Below, in pieces: positions 44,274 to 53,397 of a stretch of 64,000 nucleotides of DNA. A program made the translations under genes and the position numbers. The notes below the pieces were generated by a model, which had not been told where the DNA came from, did not search any database, and worked only from the letters and a program-made list of their open reading frames with translations. Positions within the stretch are counted from its first letter, which is position 1; every line of letters starts with the position of its first letter. Source of the DNA: an uncultured Gammaproteobacteria bacterium (GTDB taxonomy: Bacteria; Patescibacteriota; Microgenomatia; Levybacterales; UBA12049); assembly GCA_964391315.1 (NCBI GenBank), contig CAYMJR010000002.1:89223-153222 (forward strand), in the 5' to 3' direction.

Positions 44274-45425
44274 TTGTATAATACCTCTACATTTTCTACG
44301 CAATTGAAAATAGCAATTTTTTATCATTTAAATTTTGGCGGTGCAAAAAGAGTTGTAATGGATCATGCAAAAGGTCTAAAAGCAAAAGGGCATAAGATAG
44401 ATCTTTATGTAGTTAATCACGAAACAGACGCATTTGATCCATCACCGTTTTGTAACAAAATATATAACTACTCTTTTACTCTTGATTCAAAAATTCCTTT
44501 TTTTAAACGATTTATTAGTGATTATAAAAACTTTTTTTCTTTACAGACATTACACCAAACAATTGCATCAGATATTGAGAAACGTAACTATGATGTTGTC
44601 TTAGTCCATCCCGACAAGTTTACGCAAGCGCCATTTATTTTACGATTTATCAAAAAAATTCCAACAGTTTATTATTGCCAAGAACCACTTCGTATTGTAT
44701 ATGAATACTCTATGCGTTTAAAAGAAAGAGTTAACATTGTCAAAAGGGTGTATGAGGAATTGACGCGGCAATATCGCAAACAACTTGATCGGGACAATGT
44801 GCGCTTTGCAACACAGACAATTGCAAGTTGTTATTATGTAAGGGAAAGGATGATTGAATCATATGAAGTCTATCCAAAAGTAGTGTACTGTGCGGTTGAT
44901 GAGAAAATTTTTCGTTCTTTATCACTGAAAAAGAAGGGGCAAATCTTTTATGTTGGTTCTCCACATGTCTGGGAGGATGGATATGATTTGGCAGAAAAAG
45001 CAATAAAATTGCTTCCGAAAAAATATAGCATGAAATTACATGTGGTTTCTTGGAAAAAAGCGAATGGGGAACGACTGACAGAAGAAGAACTGGTACATCT
45101 TTATAACGAATCATTTGCGACATTCTGTACAAGTCGGCTTGAGACATTTGGACTTGTACCGCTTGAATCAATGGCGTGTGGGGTACCAGTTATTGCGACA
45201 AAAGTCAGTGGTCATCGAGAAACTGTTATTGATGGGCAGACTGGATTTTTGGTTGATTTTGATCCTCAGGAGATTGCAAACAAAATAGTATTGCTTCTTA
45301 AGGATAAGAGTCTTTATAAAGAAATGAGTGTTTCAGCACGTAAACATATAAAAAGAGACTGGACTTGGGAAAAACAAATTATTGAATTAGAACATGCATT
45401 AGATGCGGCTGTACATAAGAGGTAA
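44274..45425 (+). CDS. Glycosyltransferase family 4 (GT-B, group 1)
   Basis: It has KIAIFYHLNFGGAKRVV at the N-terminus and the EX7E region TSRLETFGLVPLESMACGVPVIAT. No in-frame ATG precedes the conserved N-terminus, so the start must be TTG at 44274 or TTG at 44304. Confidence 0.82.
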   Translation: MYNTSTFSTQLKIAIFYHLNFGGAKRVVMDHAKGLKAKGHKIDLYVVNHETDAFDPSPFCNKIYNYSFTLDSKIPFFKRFISDYKNFFSLQTLHQTIASDIEKRNYDVVLVHPDKFTQAPFILRFIKKIPTVYYCQEPLRIVYEYSMRLKERVNIVKRVYEELTRQYRKQLDRDNVRFATQTIASCYYVRERMIESYEVYPKVVYCAVDEKIFRSLSLKKKGQIFYVGSPHVWEDGYDLAEKAIKLLPKKYSMKLHVVSWKKANGERLTEEELVHLYNESFATFCTSRLETFGLVPLESMACGVPVIATKVSGHRETVIDGQTGFLVDFDPQEIANKIVLLLKDKSLYKEMSVSARKHIKRDWTWEKQIIELEHALDAAVHKR

Positions 45426-45429
45426 GTAT

Positions 45430-46659
45430 TTAAATAATTTCCAATTGAGGAAGTGGAAAAATAAAATGTCCACCCGATTGCAAGAAAGCTTGTTCTCTTT
45501 CCAAAAATTCTTCTTTGAAAAACCAAGGTAAAACCAGCATATAGTCGGGTTTTTCTTTTCTCGCTTGTTCCTCAGAGATGATGGGAATATTAACAGAAGC
45601 AATCTTTTTACCCCATTTTTCTGGGTTTCTTTCAACCGCCTTTTCAATGAGTTTATTATCAAGATCAAAATATTGCAGTAATGTATTTCCTCTTGTTGAA
45701 GCTCCATAAAGATATACTTTTTTACCTTCAGTAACTTTTGATTTGATAAAAGAGTAAACTTCTTTTTTTGTTTTTCTTATTCTTTTGGCAAAATCAGTAT
45801 AAATTTTCTTTCGGTGTAAACCTATTAATTTTTCCAACTCTTGTTGTTCATAAACAGAATTTGAAATAGGTCTTTTACCAGCAAAACCTATATAAGTACG
45901 AAAACTTCCCCCATTTAATTCTCTTAATTCAAGATCAAATACTTCAAGGCCATGTCTTTTCAGTAAGTTTTGTAATACAAGAAGCGAATAGTATTCTAAG
46001 TGTTCATGGACAATATTGTCAAAGGCGTTTTGTGTAAGCATTTTTACGAGATAGTTTTGCTGGACTACAAATATCCCATTTTCATCGAGTACTTTTTTCA
46101 CATCTGCAACAAATTGATTTGGATCTTCCATATCATAGAAACAAGAAATTGCAGAAATAATATCTGCTTTTCTTTCCCCGAGTGCTTTTTTGTATGCTTC
46201 ATAATTAAAAAAATCATTAATGACAATATGTGCATGAGCCTTACATTCTTTAGCGAGTTTTTTTATTGGTTCTACACCTACTCGTTCTAATGACTTAGAA
46301 TATGTACTCAATAACGATCCATCATTTGCACCAATATCCATTACAAGCAGTTTCTTTTTTGAAGAATTTAATTTTTCAATATTTTTTTGTGCAATTTCTT
46401 TTAATTCTGTTTTCATTGTTTGATTAATTCCAGATTTATAGCCATAGTGTTCTGTATAAAGAAGAGAAGATGGAGCTGTATGTTTGAGTTGTAATAAATT
46501 ACAATCATTACATAACACAAGAACAAGGGGATAACTCGCTGGTTTTTTATTTGTTGTCACAAAATCTGATAGGTAACTTTTTCCAAGAGAAAGAACAGTA
46601 GTAAGTTTTTTTGATTTACATGATCTGCATTCTCTAATAGGAGTGATTTTAGGTTGCAT
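45430..46659 (-). CDS. NDP-hexose C-methyltransferase-like protein (TylC3-type architecture)
   Basis: It has CRSCKSKKLTTVLSLGKSYLSDF...CNDCNLLQL, MDIGANDGS and a C-terminal domain ending PLPQLEII. It is a paralogue of 36231-37502. Confidence 0.7.
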   Translation of the reverse strand: MQPKITPIRECRSCKSKKLTTVLSLGKSYLSDFVTTNKKPASYPLVLVLCNDCNLLQLKHTAPSSLLYTEHYGYKSGINQTMKTELKEIAQKNIEKLNSSKKKLLVMDIGANDGSLLSTYSKSLERVGVEPIKKLAKECKAHAHIVINDFFNYEAYKKALGERKADIISAISCFYDMEDPNQFVADVKKVLDENGIFVVQQNYLVKMLTQNAFDNIVHEHLEYYSLLVLQNLLKRHGLEVFDLELRELNGGSFRTYIGFAGKRPISNSVYEQQELEKLIGLHRKKIYTDFAKRIRKTKKEVYSFIKSKVTEGKKVYLYGASTRGNTLLQYFDLDNKLIEKAVERNPEKWGKKIASVNIPIISEEQARKEKPDYMLVLPWFFKEEFLEREQAFLQSGGHFIFPLPQLEII

Positions 46660-46749
46660 ATTTCTAAGAGACTTGAAGTATTATAAAGAAGAACTTAGTA
46701 TAATTCAACATGGTATAATATTACTCCAGTAGGCCGTTCTATATATTCT

Positions 46750-48576
46750 ATGACGCTGATTAATAATGTAATTGATAACCTTATATTTCTTAAACATGAT
46801 TTTACCGGTTTCTCAATAAATTTCTTCGGTATAGGACAATTTCTTCTTCACTTGTTTATCGCTTTTTTGATTTTCGTTGTATTTTATTTGTTTGGTCAAA
46901 AAATATACCAATATTTTTTTAAAGAAAAAACAAATTATCCATTTTTTGTGAATATTGCGTTGGGCTATATTGTTATTGCTACTGGAGTAGGTATTCTTGG
47001 TGCGTTTTCTTTACTACAAAAAAGTATTCTCTGGAGCTATTTATTACTTGTTGTTATAGTTGCATTCTCTCAATTCCATTTAGATTTCAAAAGACTGCAA
47101 ATTTTATTACAAAAACTATTACAAAAAATAAGAAAATTTAAAAAGGACGTTATTGTATGGGGAGTACTATTGTTTGTGTTTATTGCATGTCTGCGATTAA
47201 TAACTCCTGAAATAACAGAAGATGGTTATCATACAGATCTACCTCAATTATATCTTGCGACAGGAACAACAATACTTGAAACAAAAGATCCTTTACATGT
47301 AATTCCTTATCCACAACTTGCAGAAATGATTTATATGATTCCTATCTCTTTAGGTGATAAGGAAGTAGCTCGTTTCATTCATTTTGGGTTTTACTTACTG
47401 ATAATTTTTTTACTTTTTTCGATTGCAAAAGAAAAAAAGTTCTCTTTTGTTAAGTTTTCAACATTACTCTTTGTTACAGCACCTATTGTTATCCGATATT
47501 CTCCTTCGCAGTATGTAGACTTTTTTATGGTTTTTGCTTTTCTACTGGCGGTAACACTTATTGAGAAAAATATGTCGGGAAGGAGAATAATTCTATCAGG
47601 TATACTATTCGGTTCAGTTTTTTCGGTGAAAATGTGGACAGTTGTCTATCTGCCTGCAGTAGTTTTATATTATATCCTTCTTAACAGACAATTAAACATT
47701 AAAGATTTATGCAAAAAGTCATTGTTATTTGTGATATCAGCTTTTTTAATAGCACTACTATGGTATGTACGAGCGTTTATTATAACAGGCAACCCAATTT
47801 ATCCTCTTTTTACTAGAACAGAATATTTAGAGGTGACGCATCAATATTTATATTCTTCATATTTTGGCATTAATACAAATATGTTTTTAATTCAGAACAT
47901 GGCAGTATATAGTCCAATTTTTTTTATCGGTGTTGTTTTGTTACTTTTACATATTCGTAAAGTCATAGCGCTATTAAAAAATTATCCTCAAACAATATTT
48001 TTTGCTATTCTTATGGCAGAACAACTTTTTATAAAGGTTGATTTAGGAAGATATCTTATTGCTTGGTATATTTTTGCTTCGATAATTATTTCAGCTGGTA
48101 TTGCAGTTACTTACAAAAATATTTTTGGTCGAGTTACTTTGATATGTATATATCTCATCATGTTTTTCTATTATCTATTTAATACCCTTTTTATATTACC
48201 TTACGGATTTGGGTGGGCAAATAAAAATGCATATTTAACGAGAGTTCTTTCGAGAGATAATGCAAATTATTATGATTTTGATCACTTATTTAGTAAATGG
48301 ATATCTTCTAAAGATGTGGTAGCTACTTATGAAATTGTAAGCTATTATTATATAGATTTTGCACATATTGACATTAACTCCATTTTTAGTAAGGAAAATC
48401 GACAATTCGATTTACTAAAGAAGCATGGTGTAACAAGATTATTAATTAATGGAGGAAATATAGATTGGTTTTGTAAACAATTGGCATTGACTGGGTGTTC
48501 CCCGGAAAAAGTAAAACTTTTAGCAACTTACCCGTCAGACACACAAAAATATAATTTATATTTGATACAATACTGA
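46750..48576 (+). CDS. Polytopic GT-C-like glycosyltransferase (PMT_2/ArnT-like)
   Basis: 608 aa with ~14 TM helices. It has an acidic first-loop motif (ITEDGYHTDLPQLYL) and a soluble C-terminal domain. Confidence 0.6.
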   Translation: MTLINNVIDNLIFLKHDFTGFSINFFGIGQFLLHLFIAFLIFVVFYLFGQKIYQYFFKEKTNYPFFVNIALGYIVIATGVGILGAFSLLQKSILWSYLLLVVIVAFSQFHLDFKRLQILLQKLLQKIRKFKKDVIVWGVLLFVFIACLRLITPEITEDGYHTDLPQLYLATGTTILETKDPLHVIPYPQLAEMIYMIPISLGDKEVARFIHFGFYLLIIFLLFSIAKEKKFSFVKFSTLLFVTAPIVIRYSPSQYVDFFMVFAFLLAVTLIEKNMSGRRIILSGILFGSVFSVKMWTVVYLPAVVLYYILLNRQLNIKDLCKKSLLFVISAFLIALLWYVRAFIITGNPIYPLFTRTEYLEVTHQYLYSSYFGINTNMFLIQNMAVYSPIFFIGVVLLLLHIRKVIALLKNYPQTIFFAILMAEQLFIKVDLGRYLIAWYIFASIIISAGIAVTYKNIFGRVTLICIYLIMFFYYLFNTLFILPYGFGWANKNAYLTRVLSRDNANYYDFDHLFSKWISSKDVVATYEIVSYYYIDFAHIDINSIFSKENRQFDLLKKHGVTRLLINGGNIDWFCKQLALTGCSPEKVKLLATYPSDTQKYNLYLIQY

Positions 48577-48579
48577 TCA

Positions 48580-50778
48580 ATGATATCTATCATACTTGTT
48601 CATTATCATGTAAAAAAGGAAATTCTCTCCTGCATAAAATCAATTTATGCTTCAAAACCCAAAACTGCATTTGAAATTATTGTTGTTGATAATGATGAAA
48701 AGAAAACAATAGAGACTGAATTAAAAAAGCTATTTCCAAATGTTCGATATGTAAAAAATGAAAATAAAGGTTTTGGACAGGGGAATAACGTTGGCGTTTC
48801 ATATACAAAAGGGGAATATTTATTTTTTCTCAATCCAGACACAAAATTACTTAACAATACTCTTGATGAGATAGTAAGTTTTTTCAACAAACATAAAAAT
48901 GCTGGAATTGTTGCTCCTGCAATTTTTGACTCCAATAACGATATTTTTCCTTTACAGGGGACAAAAGAATTAACTCCAATACGGGCAATTTTTTCACTTT
49001 CATTTATTAGTAAATTGTTTCCAAAAAATAAAATTCGCCAGGACTATTATTTAAGTGATTGGGATAAGAAGTATGTAAAAGAAGTCGATGTAGTGCCAGG
49101 AACAGCATTTATGATTAGAAAAGAACTATTTGAAAAAGTAGGGGGATTTGATGATCATTTTTTTCTTTTTTTTGAAGAATTTGATCTTTGTAAAAGAATT
49201 AAAGGTCTTGGCTGGAAAATTTTTATGAATCCTAATGCACAAATTTTTCATGCATGGGGACAAAGCACGCAAAAATCAAAAAAAGATATTGCTCAAATAT
49301 TTCAAAAAAGCAGATTCTATTATCTCAAAAAACATTTTGGTTGGCCTAAAGCTCTAGTAACAGATGCTATTCTACATATAAATAAATTCAGCATTTTTCT
49401 GTTTATTCTGTTGTTAGTTGGTGCTTATTTAAGACTACATAATATTCAGAATTCAATGACATTTATTGGTGATCAAGGATGGTTTTATTTATCCGCAAGA
49501 GATATGCTTCTTTCCGGACAAATTCCCTTGGTAGGGATCACTTCAAGCCATCCATGGCTACATCAAGGTGCATTTTGGATATATTTATTAGCACCAGTAC
49601 TATGGTTCTTTCACTTTAACCCATTTGGGGGAATATACCTTAGTACTGTTATCGGACTATTAAGTATTTTAGGGATATATAGGCTTGGAGCGGAAATGTT
49701 TTCTAAATCAACTGGGATAATTGCTGCGGCACTTTTTACAACCTCACCTCTTATCATTTTGACAGATAGAACGGCTTATCACACCACTCCGATAATGCTT
49801 TGTACGATTCTTGTTTTATATTGTCTCTATAAATGGATGAAAGGAAATGCACAGTACGCTCCTTTCCTTGTGTTATTTCTTGCTGTTCTTTACAATCTTG
49901 AATTAGCAACTTCGCTGCTAAGCGTAACTGTGTTTGTTATTTGGTTTTTTGGGTTTATTACAAAAAAAGCATGGGCGAGAAAAATTTTAAACCGTAAAAT
50001 TCTTCTTTTTAGTTTTATCTTATTTATTCTTCCTATGTTGCCGATGTTTTTTTACGATATTACACATGGATTTCCTCAAACTGTCAAATTATTTGCATGG
50101 GTAGGTTATAGAATTCTTGTTTACTTTGGTTATCCTGCATCAAAGCTAATTGAGTCTGTTTCTCTTAGTCAAATGGTGCATTTTTTTGTAGAAAGTTGTA
50201 GACAGTTGATTTTTTCTTCAAACGCGTTTGTTGCAATAGCAATTTTTATTGCCAGTTTATTTTTTGCAATCTCTCGAATCTTCAAGAATGAAAGTAAGAA
50301 ACCATATGGATTGCTTATTCTTATCAATCTTTTTCTCGTAACAGGATTATTTATTATCAAAACTCCGTCAGGTGCCTATCTTCCGATGATTTTTCCTAGT
50401 GTCATACTTCTTATCAGCATACTCTTTGAAAAATTAATTATCGATACGATAAAGATTATAAAGCTGATAGGAATAGTAGGATTGATCTGTTTGACTGTAT
50501 TTAATACTTATTCTTTTTTACGCACAAATAGCAATGACTTTGTATTTGCGCAGAGGGTGGCTGTGGCAAAATATATAGTGAAAGCATCTGCAAAAAAAGA
50601 GTATAATTTAAAAGGACGGGGACCAGCTAGTGAGTTTGAAAGTTTTACCATGAATTACGAATATTTGACCTGGTGGCTTGGTCATGGTCCTTCAAAGTCG
50701 AATCAGGCATTGCAGTTTGTGGTTGAAGAAAAACCGTCCGGTATTTTTGTTACAAAGGAAGAGAAAAAAAGTTTATGA
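48580..50778 (+). CDS. Fusion protein: N-terminal GT2 (rhamnosyltransferase-like GT-A) plus C-terminal ArnT/PMT_2-like GT-C domain
   Basis: 732 aa. Residues 1-~265 carry IILVHYHVKKEI..IIVVDNDEKK..FLNPDT..FFEEFDLCKR (GT2). Residues ~270-650 have ~11 TM helices with GDQGWFYLSARDM and SILGIYRLGAEMFSKSTGIIAAALFTTSP, typical of ArnT-like proteins. Confidence 0.75.
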   Translation: MISIILVHYHVKKEILSCIKSIYASKPKTAFEIIVVDNDEKKTIETELKKLFPNVRYVKNENKGFGQGNNVGVSYTKGEYLFFLNPDTKLLNNTLDEIVSFFNKHKNAGIVAPAIFDSNNDIFPLQGTKELTPIRAIFSLSFISKLFPKNKIRQDYYLSDWDKKYVKEVDVVPGTAFMIRKELFEKVGGFDDHFFLFFEEFDLCKRIKGLGWKIFMNPNAQIFHAWGQSTQKSKKDIAQIFQKSRFYYLKKHFGWPKALVTDAILHINKFSIFLFILLLVGAYLRLHNIQNSMTFIGDQGWFYLSARDMLLSGQIPLVGITSSHPWLHQGAFWIYLLAPVLWFFHFNPFGGIYLSTVIGLLSILGIYRLGAEMFSKSTGIIAAALFTTSPLIILTDRTAYHTTPIMLCTILVLYCLYKWMKGNAQYAPFLVLFLAVLYNLELATSLLSVTVFVIWFFGFITKKAWARKILNRKILLFSFILFILPMLPMFFYDITHGFPQTVKLFAWVGYRILVYFGYPASKLIESVSLSQMVHFFVESCRQLIFSSNAFVAIAIFIASLFFAISRIFKNESKKPYGLLILINLFLVTGLFIIKTPSGAYLPMIFPSVILLISILFEKLIIDTIKIIKLIGIVGLICLTVFNTYSFLRTNSNDFVFAQRVAVAKYIVKASAKKEYNLKGRGPASEFESFTMNYEYLTWWLGHGPSKSNQALQFVVEEKPSGIFVTKEEKKSL

Positions 50779-51521
50779 TAAGCGCTGTTATTCTTACCAA
50801 GAACGAGGATAAAAATATTCTCGATTGTCTCAAAAGCCTTTCATGGTGTGATGAAATTGTTGTTATTGATGATGAGTCACAGGATAAAACAGTGGAGATT
50901 GCAAAAAAGGAAGGTGCAAAGGTTTTTATCCGGCCCTTACAAGATGATTTTGCAGCACAGAGAAATTTTGGTTTGGAAAAAGCAAAAGGAGATTGGGTAT
51001 TCTTTGTCGATGCAGATGAAAGAGTAACACAAGCATTATGGTATGAAATTATGGCGAAAACAAATGCACCATTTAGCCCATATGCCGGATATTATTTGAG
51101 AAGAGAAGATGTTATGTGGGGAAAGAGATTACGCCACGGAGAAACAGGAAACATCAAAATCCTCAGATTGGCAAAAAAAAATGCCGGAAGTTGGGAGGGG
51201 AAAGTGCACGAAAGATGGAACGTGAAAGAGAAAACAGAGATTCTGCAAAACCCGCTTATTCATTATCCGCATCAGACTATTAAAGAATTTTTGCAGGAAA
51301 TAAATTTTTATACAGATTTGCGGGCTAAAGAACTTCGAAAGCAAAAGGTACATGTTTCCTGGGTTGCAATACTTTTCTACCCCAAAGCAAAGTTTGCAAT
51401 TAATTATATTTTTAAAGGTGGTTTTCTTGACGGTTTACCAGGATTTATTTTTGCAGTGATGATGAGCCTACATTCATTTCTTGTACGCGGCAAACTGTGG
51501 CTTCTGTGGCAGAAAGAATAA
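50775..51521 (+). CDS. Glycosyltransferase family 2 (WaaE/KdtX-like)
   Basis: It has ISAVILTKNEDKNILDCLKSLSWCDEIVVIDDESQDKT and FFVDADERV. Its start overlaps the upstream stop (ATGA). Confidence 0.85.
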   Translation: MISAVILTKNEDKNILDCLKSLSWCDEIVVIDDESQDKTVEIAKKEGAKVFIRPLQDDFAAQRNFGLEKAKGDWVFFVDADERVTQALWYEIMAKTNAPFSPYAGYYLRREDVMWGKRLRHGETGNIKILRLAKKNAGSWEGKVHERWNVKEKTEILQNPLIHYPHQTIKEFLQEINFYTDLRAKELRKQKVHVSWVAILFYPKAKFAINYIFKGGFLDGLPGFIFAVMMSLHSFLVRGKLWLLWQKE

Positions 51522-51635
51522 ATGAAAAAAAGCTATAGTATCATTTTTGTTTTCTGGAGTATTTTCATCCTTGGTTTTTTTCTATTTAATATATTAGTAA
51601 AAAATGGGATCTGCTTATTTTTCTGTCATCAATGA
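51522..51635 (+). CDS. Possible 37-aa hydrophobic micropeptide (below the ORF-track length cut-off)
   Basis: The ATG immediately follows the TAA of the upstream GT2 gene. The translation is MKKSYSIIFVFWSIFILGFFLFNILVKNGICLFFCHQ, a single TM-like segment. There is no other support. Confidence 0.2.
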   Translation: MKKSYSIIFVFWSIFILGFFLFNILVKNGICLFFCHQ

Positions 51636-51696
51636 AACGTTTTTTGACAATTATCTTTTAAATAGAGGCAATTTTAAAACAATTCTAAAGAAATAA

Positions 51697-53277
51697 TTAA
51701 TCTTTAAACTTGTTATATATGCTGCTTCCTACTTTTGAAATAGGATCATAATAATCAAGTCTTCTATAGTGATTTTTCATGTTCATAACTTCAGGATATT
51801 TGGATTTCCCATGGCCAGTAATTTTATAGATTATCAAATTATCTTTTTCATCAATTACATGAAATTTCTCCCATGTGTATTGAGTTAGCAAAGATTCAAG
51901 TTCAAATTTATTTGTATAAGAGAGGGCAAGAGGATGAAGGTAGGGCCCTGTATAGAGTCCGTAGGGATCAGATATTGCCGCAGAGGATATAAATACAGTT
52001 TTTTTATTTTTTAGATATAAATTAATTTCTTTTTCGAGTTTCTCATTACCTACATCTTGCCTATTTACACCGAGTATTTCAATTTGACAACAGTTGTCTA
52101 ACTGCGGTAACGCAAAATGGCTTTCTATAAACAAACTGTCTTTTGGTAATGTTTTAACAAAAGCCTCCTCTCTCATATATGGAACAGGAGCTCTTAAAAG
52201 GTTTAAAGCAGGAAGAGATACAAAGAGTAAATAAAATATTACCACAGGTGCGAGAAAACGATATTTGTTTACAAGGTATCCCGTGAGAAAAGCGAAACCA
52301 AATCCTGCAATGATTGAATATCTACCCATTAAAACAGAATCCCACCATTGATTTATATACACAATTGGTAGTAACCATAACAGTCCAATAAAGAAAAACA
52401 TTTTATTTTTTATATAACAGACTAGTAATGATAGAAATCCTAGAATGACCACAAGACTTGTATAGTTTCTTAGAACAGGAATAAAATTTCTCAAAAAAAT
52501 AAGAAATTTATTGGAGCTAATAACGCTGACTTGTGTAATATTCCCTAAATAGAGACTAGTAAGAGTTAATAGAGGATTAATGTTGAGTATTATAGAAAAA
52601 ATGAGAATTCTTGCCGCTAAGGAGAAAGAAAGAGTTAAAAAGGTTATTATAAAAGTCTTAAAAAGATCATTTTTCTTTTTTAAAAATACTATCAAAAGAT
52701 ATAACGGTATCCATAATAAAACGGCTGAATAGGTAAGAAATGCTATATTCAAAAATATTATTGATAAAATAAAATAAACTTTTCGGTTTTCTGAAAGATA
52801 TTTTGTAAGTGAGTATAGAGATGTAAAGAAAAAGAAAAGATAGGAAGTTTCCACTGTTATCGTTACATTGGTGATCCAAAAAAGTGGGGTAAGTGACATA
52901 ATTGTTGCTGAGATAAGACCAATATTTTTATTGCTAATAAATGTGATGACTTTGTAAAAGTAATAAACAGTAATCGTAGCAAATAAAATTTGAGCAAAAA
53001 TTACTACATATGCAGGGTCATTATAAAAATAGCTTGCAAGGTGAAAGATAGGCCAGAAAAGCATAATGTAAATTTCATGAATTGGATTATGCCCACTAGT
53101 AACTGCGTAATAAAAGTTCGGGTTTTTAAAGAGATTAAGATATTCTTTAGAGTCAAAGAGAACATCGTTGGCATTAATAAATGGAATCCTTGAGAGAATG
53201 AAGAGGATAAGAAGACTAATACCTACTTTTTTCTTTTTAATAAAGGGAGTCACGTTTTTTATTTGTTTTTTACCCAT
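51697..53277 (-). CDS. Polytopic GT-C-like glycosyltransferase
   Basis: About 526 aa from MGKKQIKN, with ~12 TM helices. It has a first-loop acidic motif (LFDSKEYLNLF) and a soluble C-terminal domain. Confidence 0.55.
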   Translation of the reverse strand: MGKKQIKNVTPFIKKKKVGISLLILFILSRIPFINANDVLFDSKEYLNLFKNPNFYYAVTSGHNPIHEIYIMLFWPIFHLASYFYNDPAYVVIFAQILFATITVYYFYKVITFISNKNIGLISATIMSLTPLFWITNVTITVETSYLFFFFTSLYSLTKYLSENRKVYFILSIIFLNIAFLTYSAVLLWIPLYLLIVFLKKKNDLFKTFIITFLTLSFSLAARILIFSIILNINPLLTLTSLYLGNITQVSVISSNKFLIFLRNFIPVLRNYTSLVVILGFLSLLVCYIKNKMFFFIGLLWLLPIVYINQWWDSVLMGRYSIIAGFGFAFLTGYLVNKYRFLAPVVIFYLLFVSLPALNLLRAPVPYMREEAFVKTLPKDSLFIESHFALPQLDNCCQIEILGVNRQDVGNEKLEKEINLYLKNKKTVFISSAAISDPYGLYTGPYLHPLALSYTNKFELESLLTQYTWEKFHVIDEKDNLIIYKITGHGKSKYPEVMNMKNHYRRLDYYDPISKVGSSIYNKFKD

Positions 53278-53397
53278 AAGTATTAGCTCAAGAACTATTC
53301 TATTATACAGCAATTGCCTATCTTTTCCTTTTGCATAGATAATGTTTATTTTTTTATTTTTAATTTTATAATATAATTGTTCAGATTGTATTAGTAT

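Noticed and set aside
46673-46719. Promoter call upstream of the 46750 GT-C gene
   Set aside because: Several overlapping candidates exist (TTGAAG-17-TAGTAT, TATAAT at 46699-46704, and the extended -10 TGgTATAAT at 46711-46719). They cannot be resolved by eye, so none is listed as a feature.
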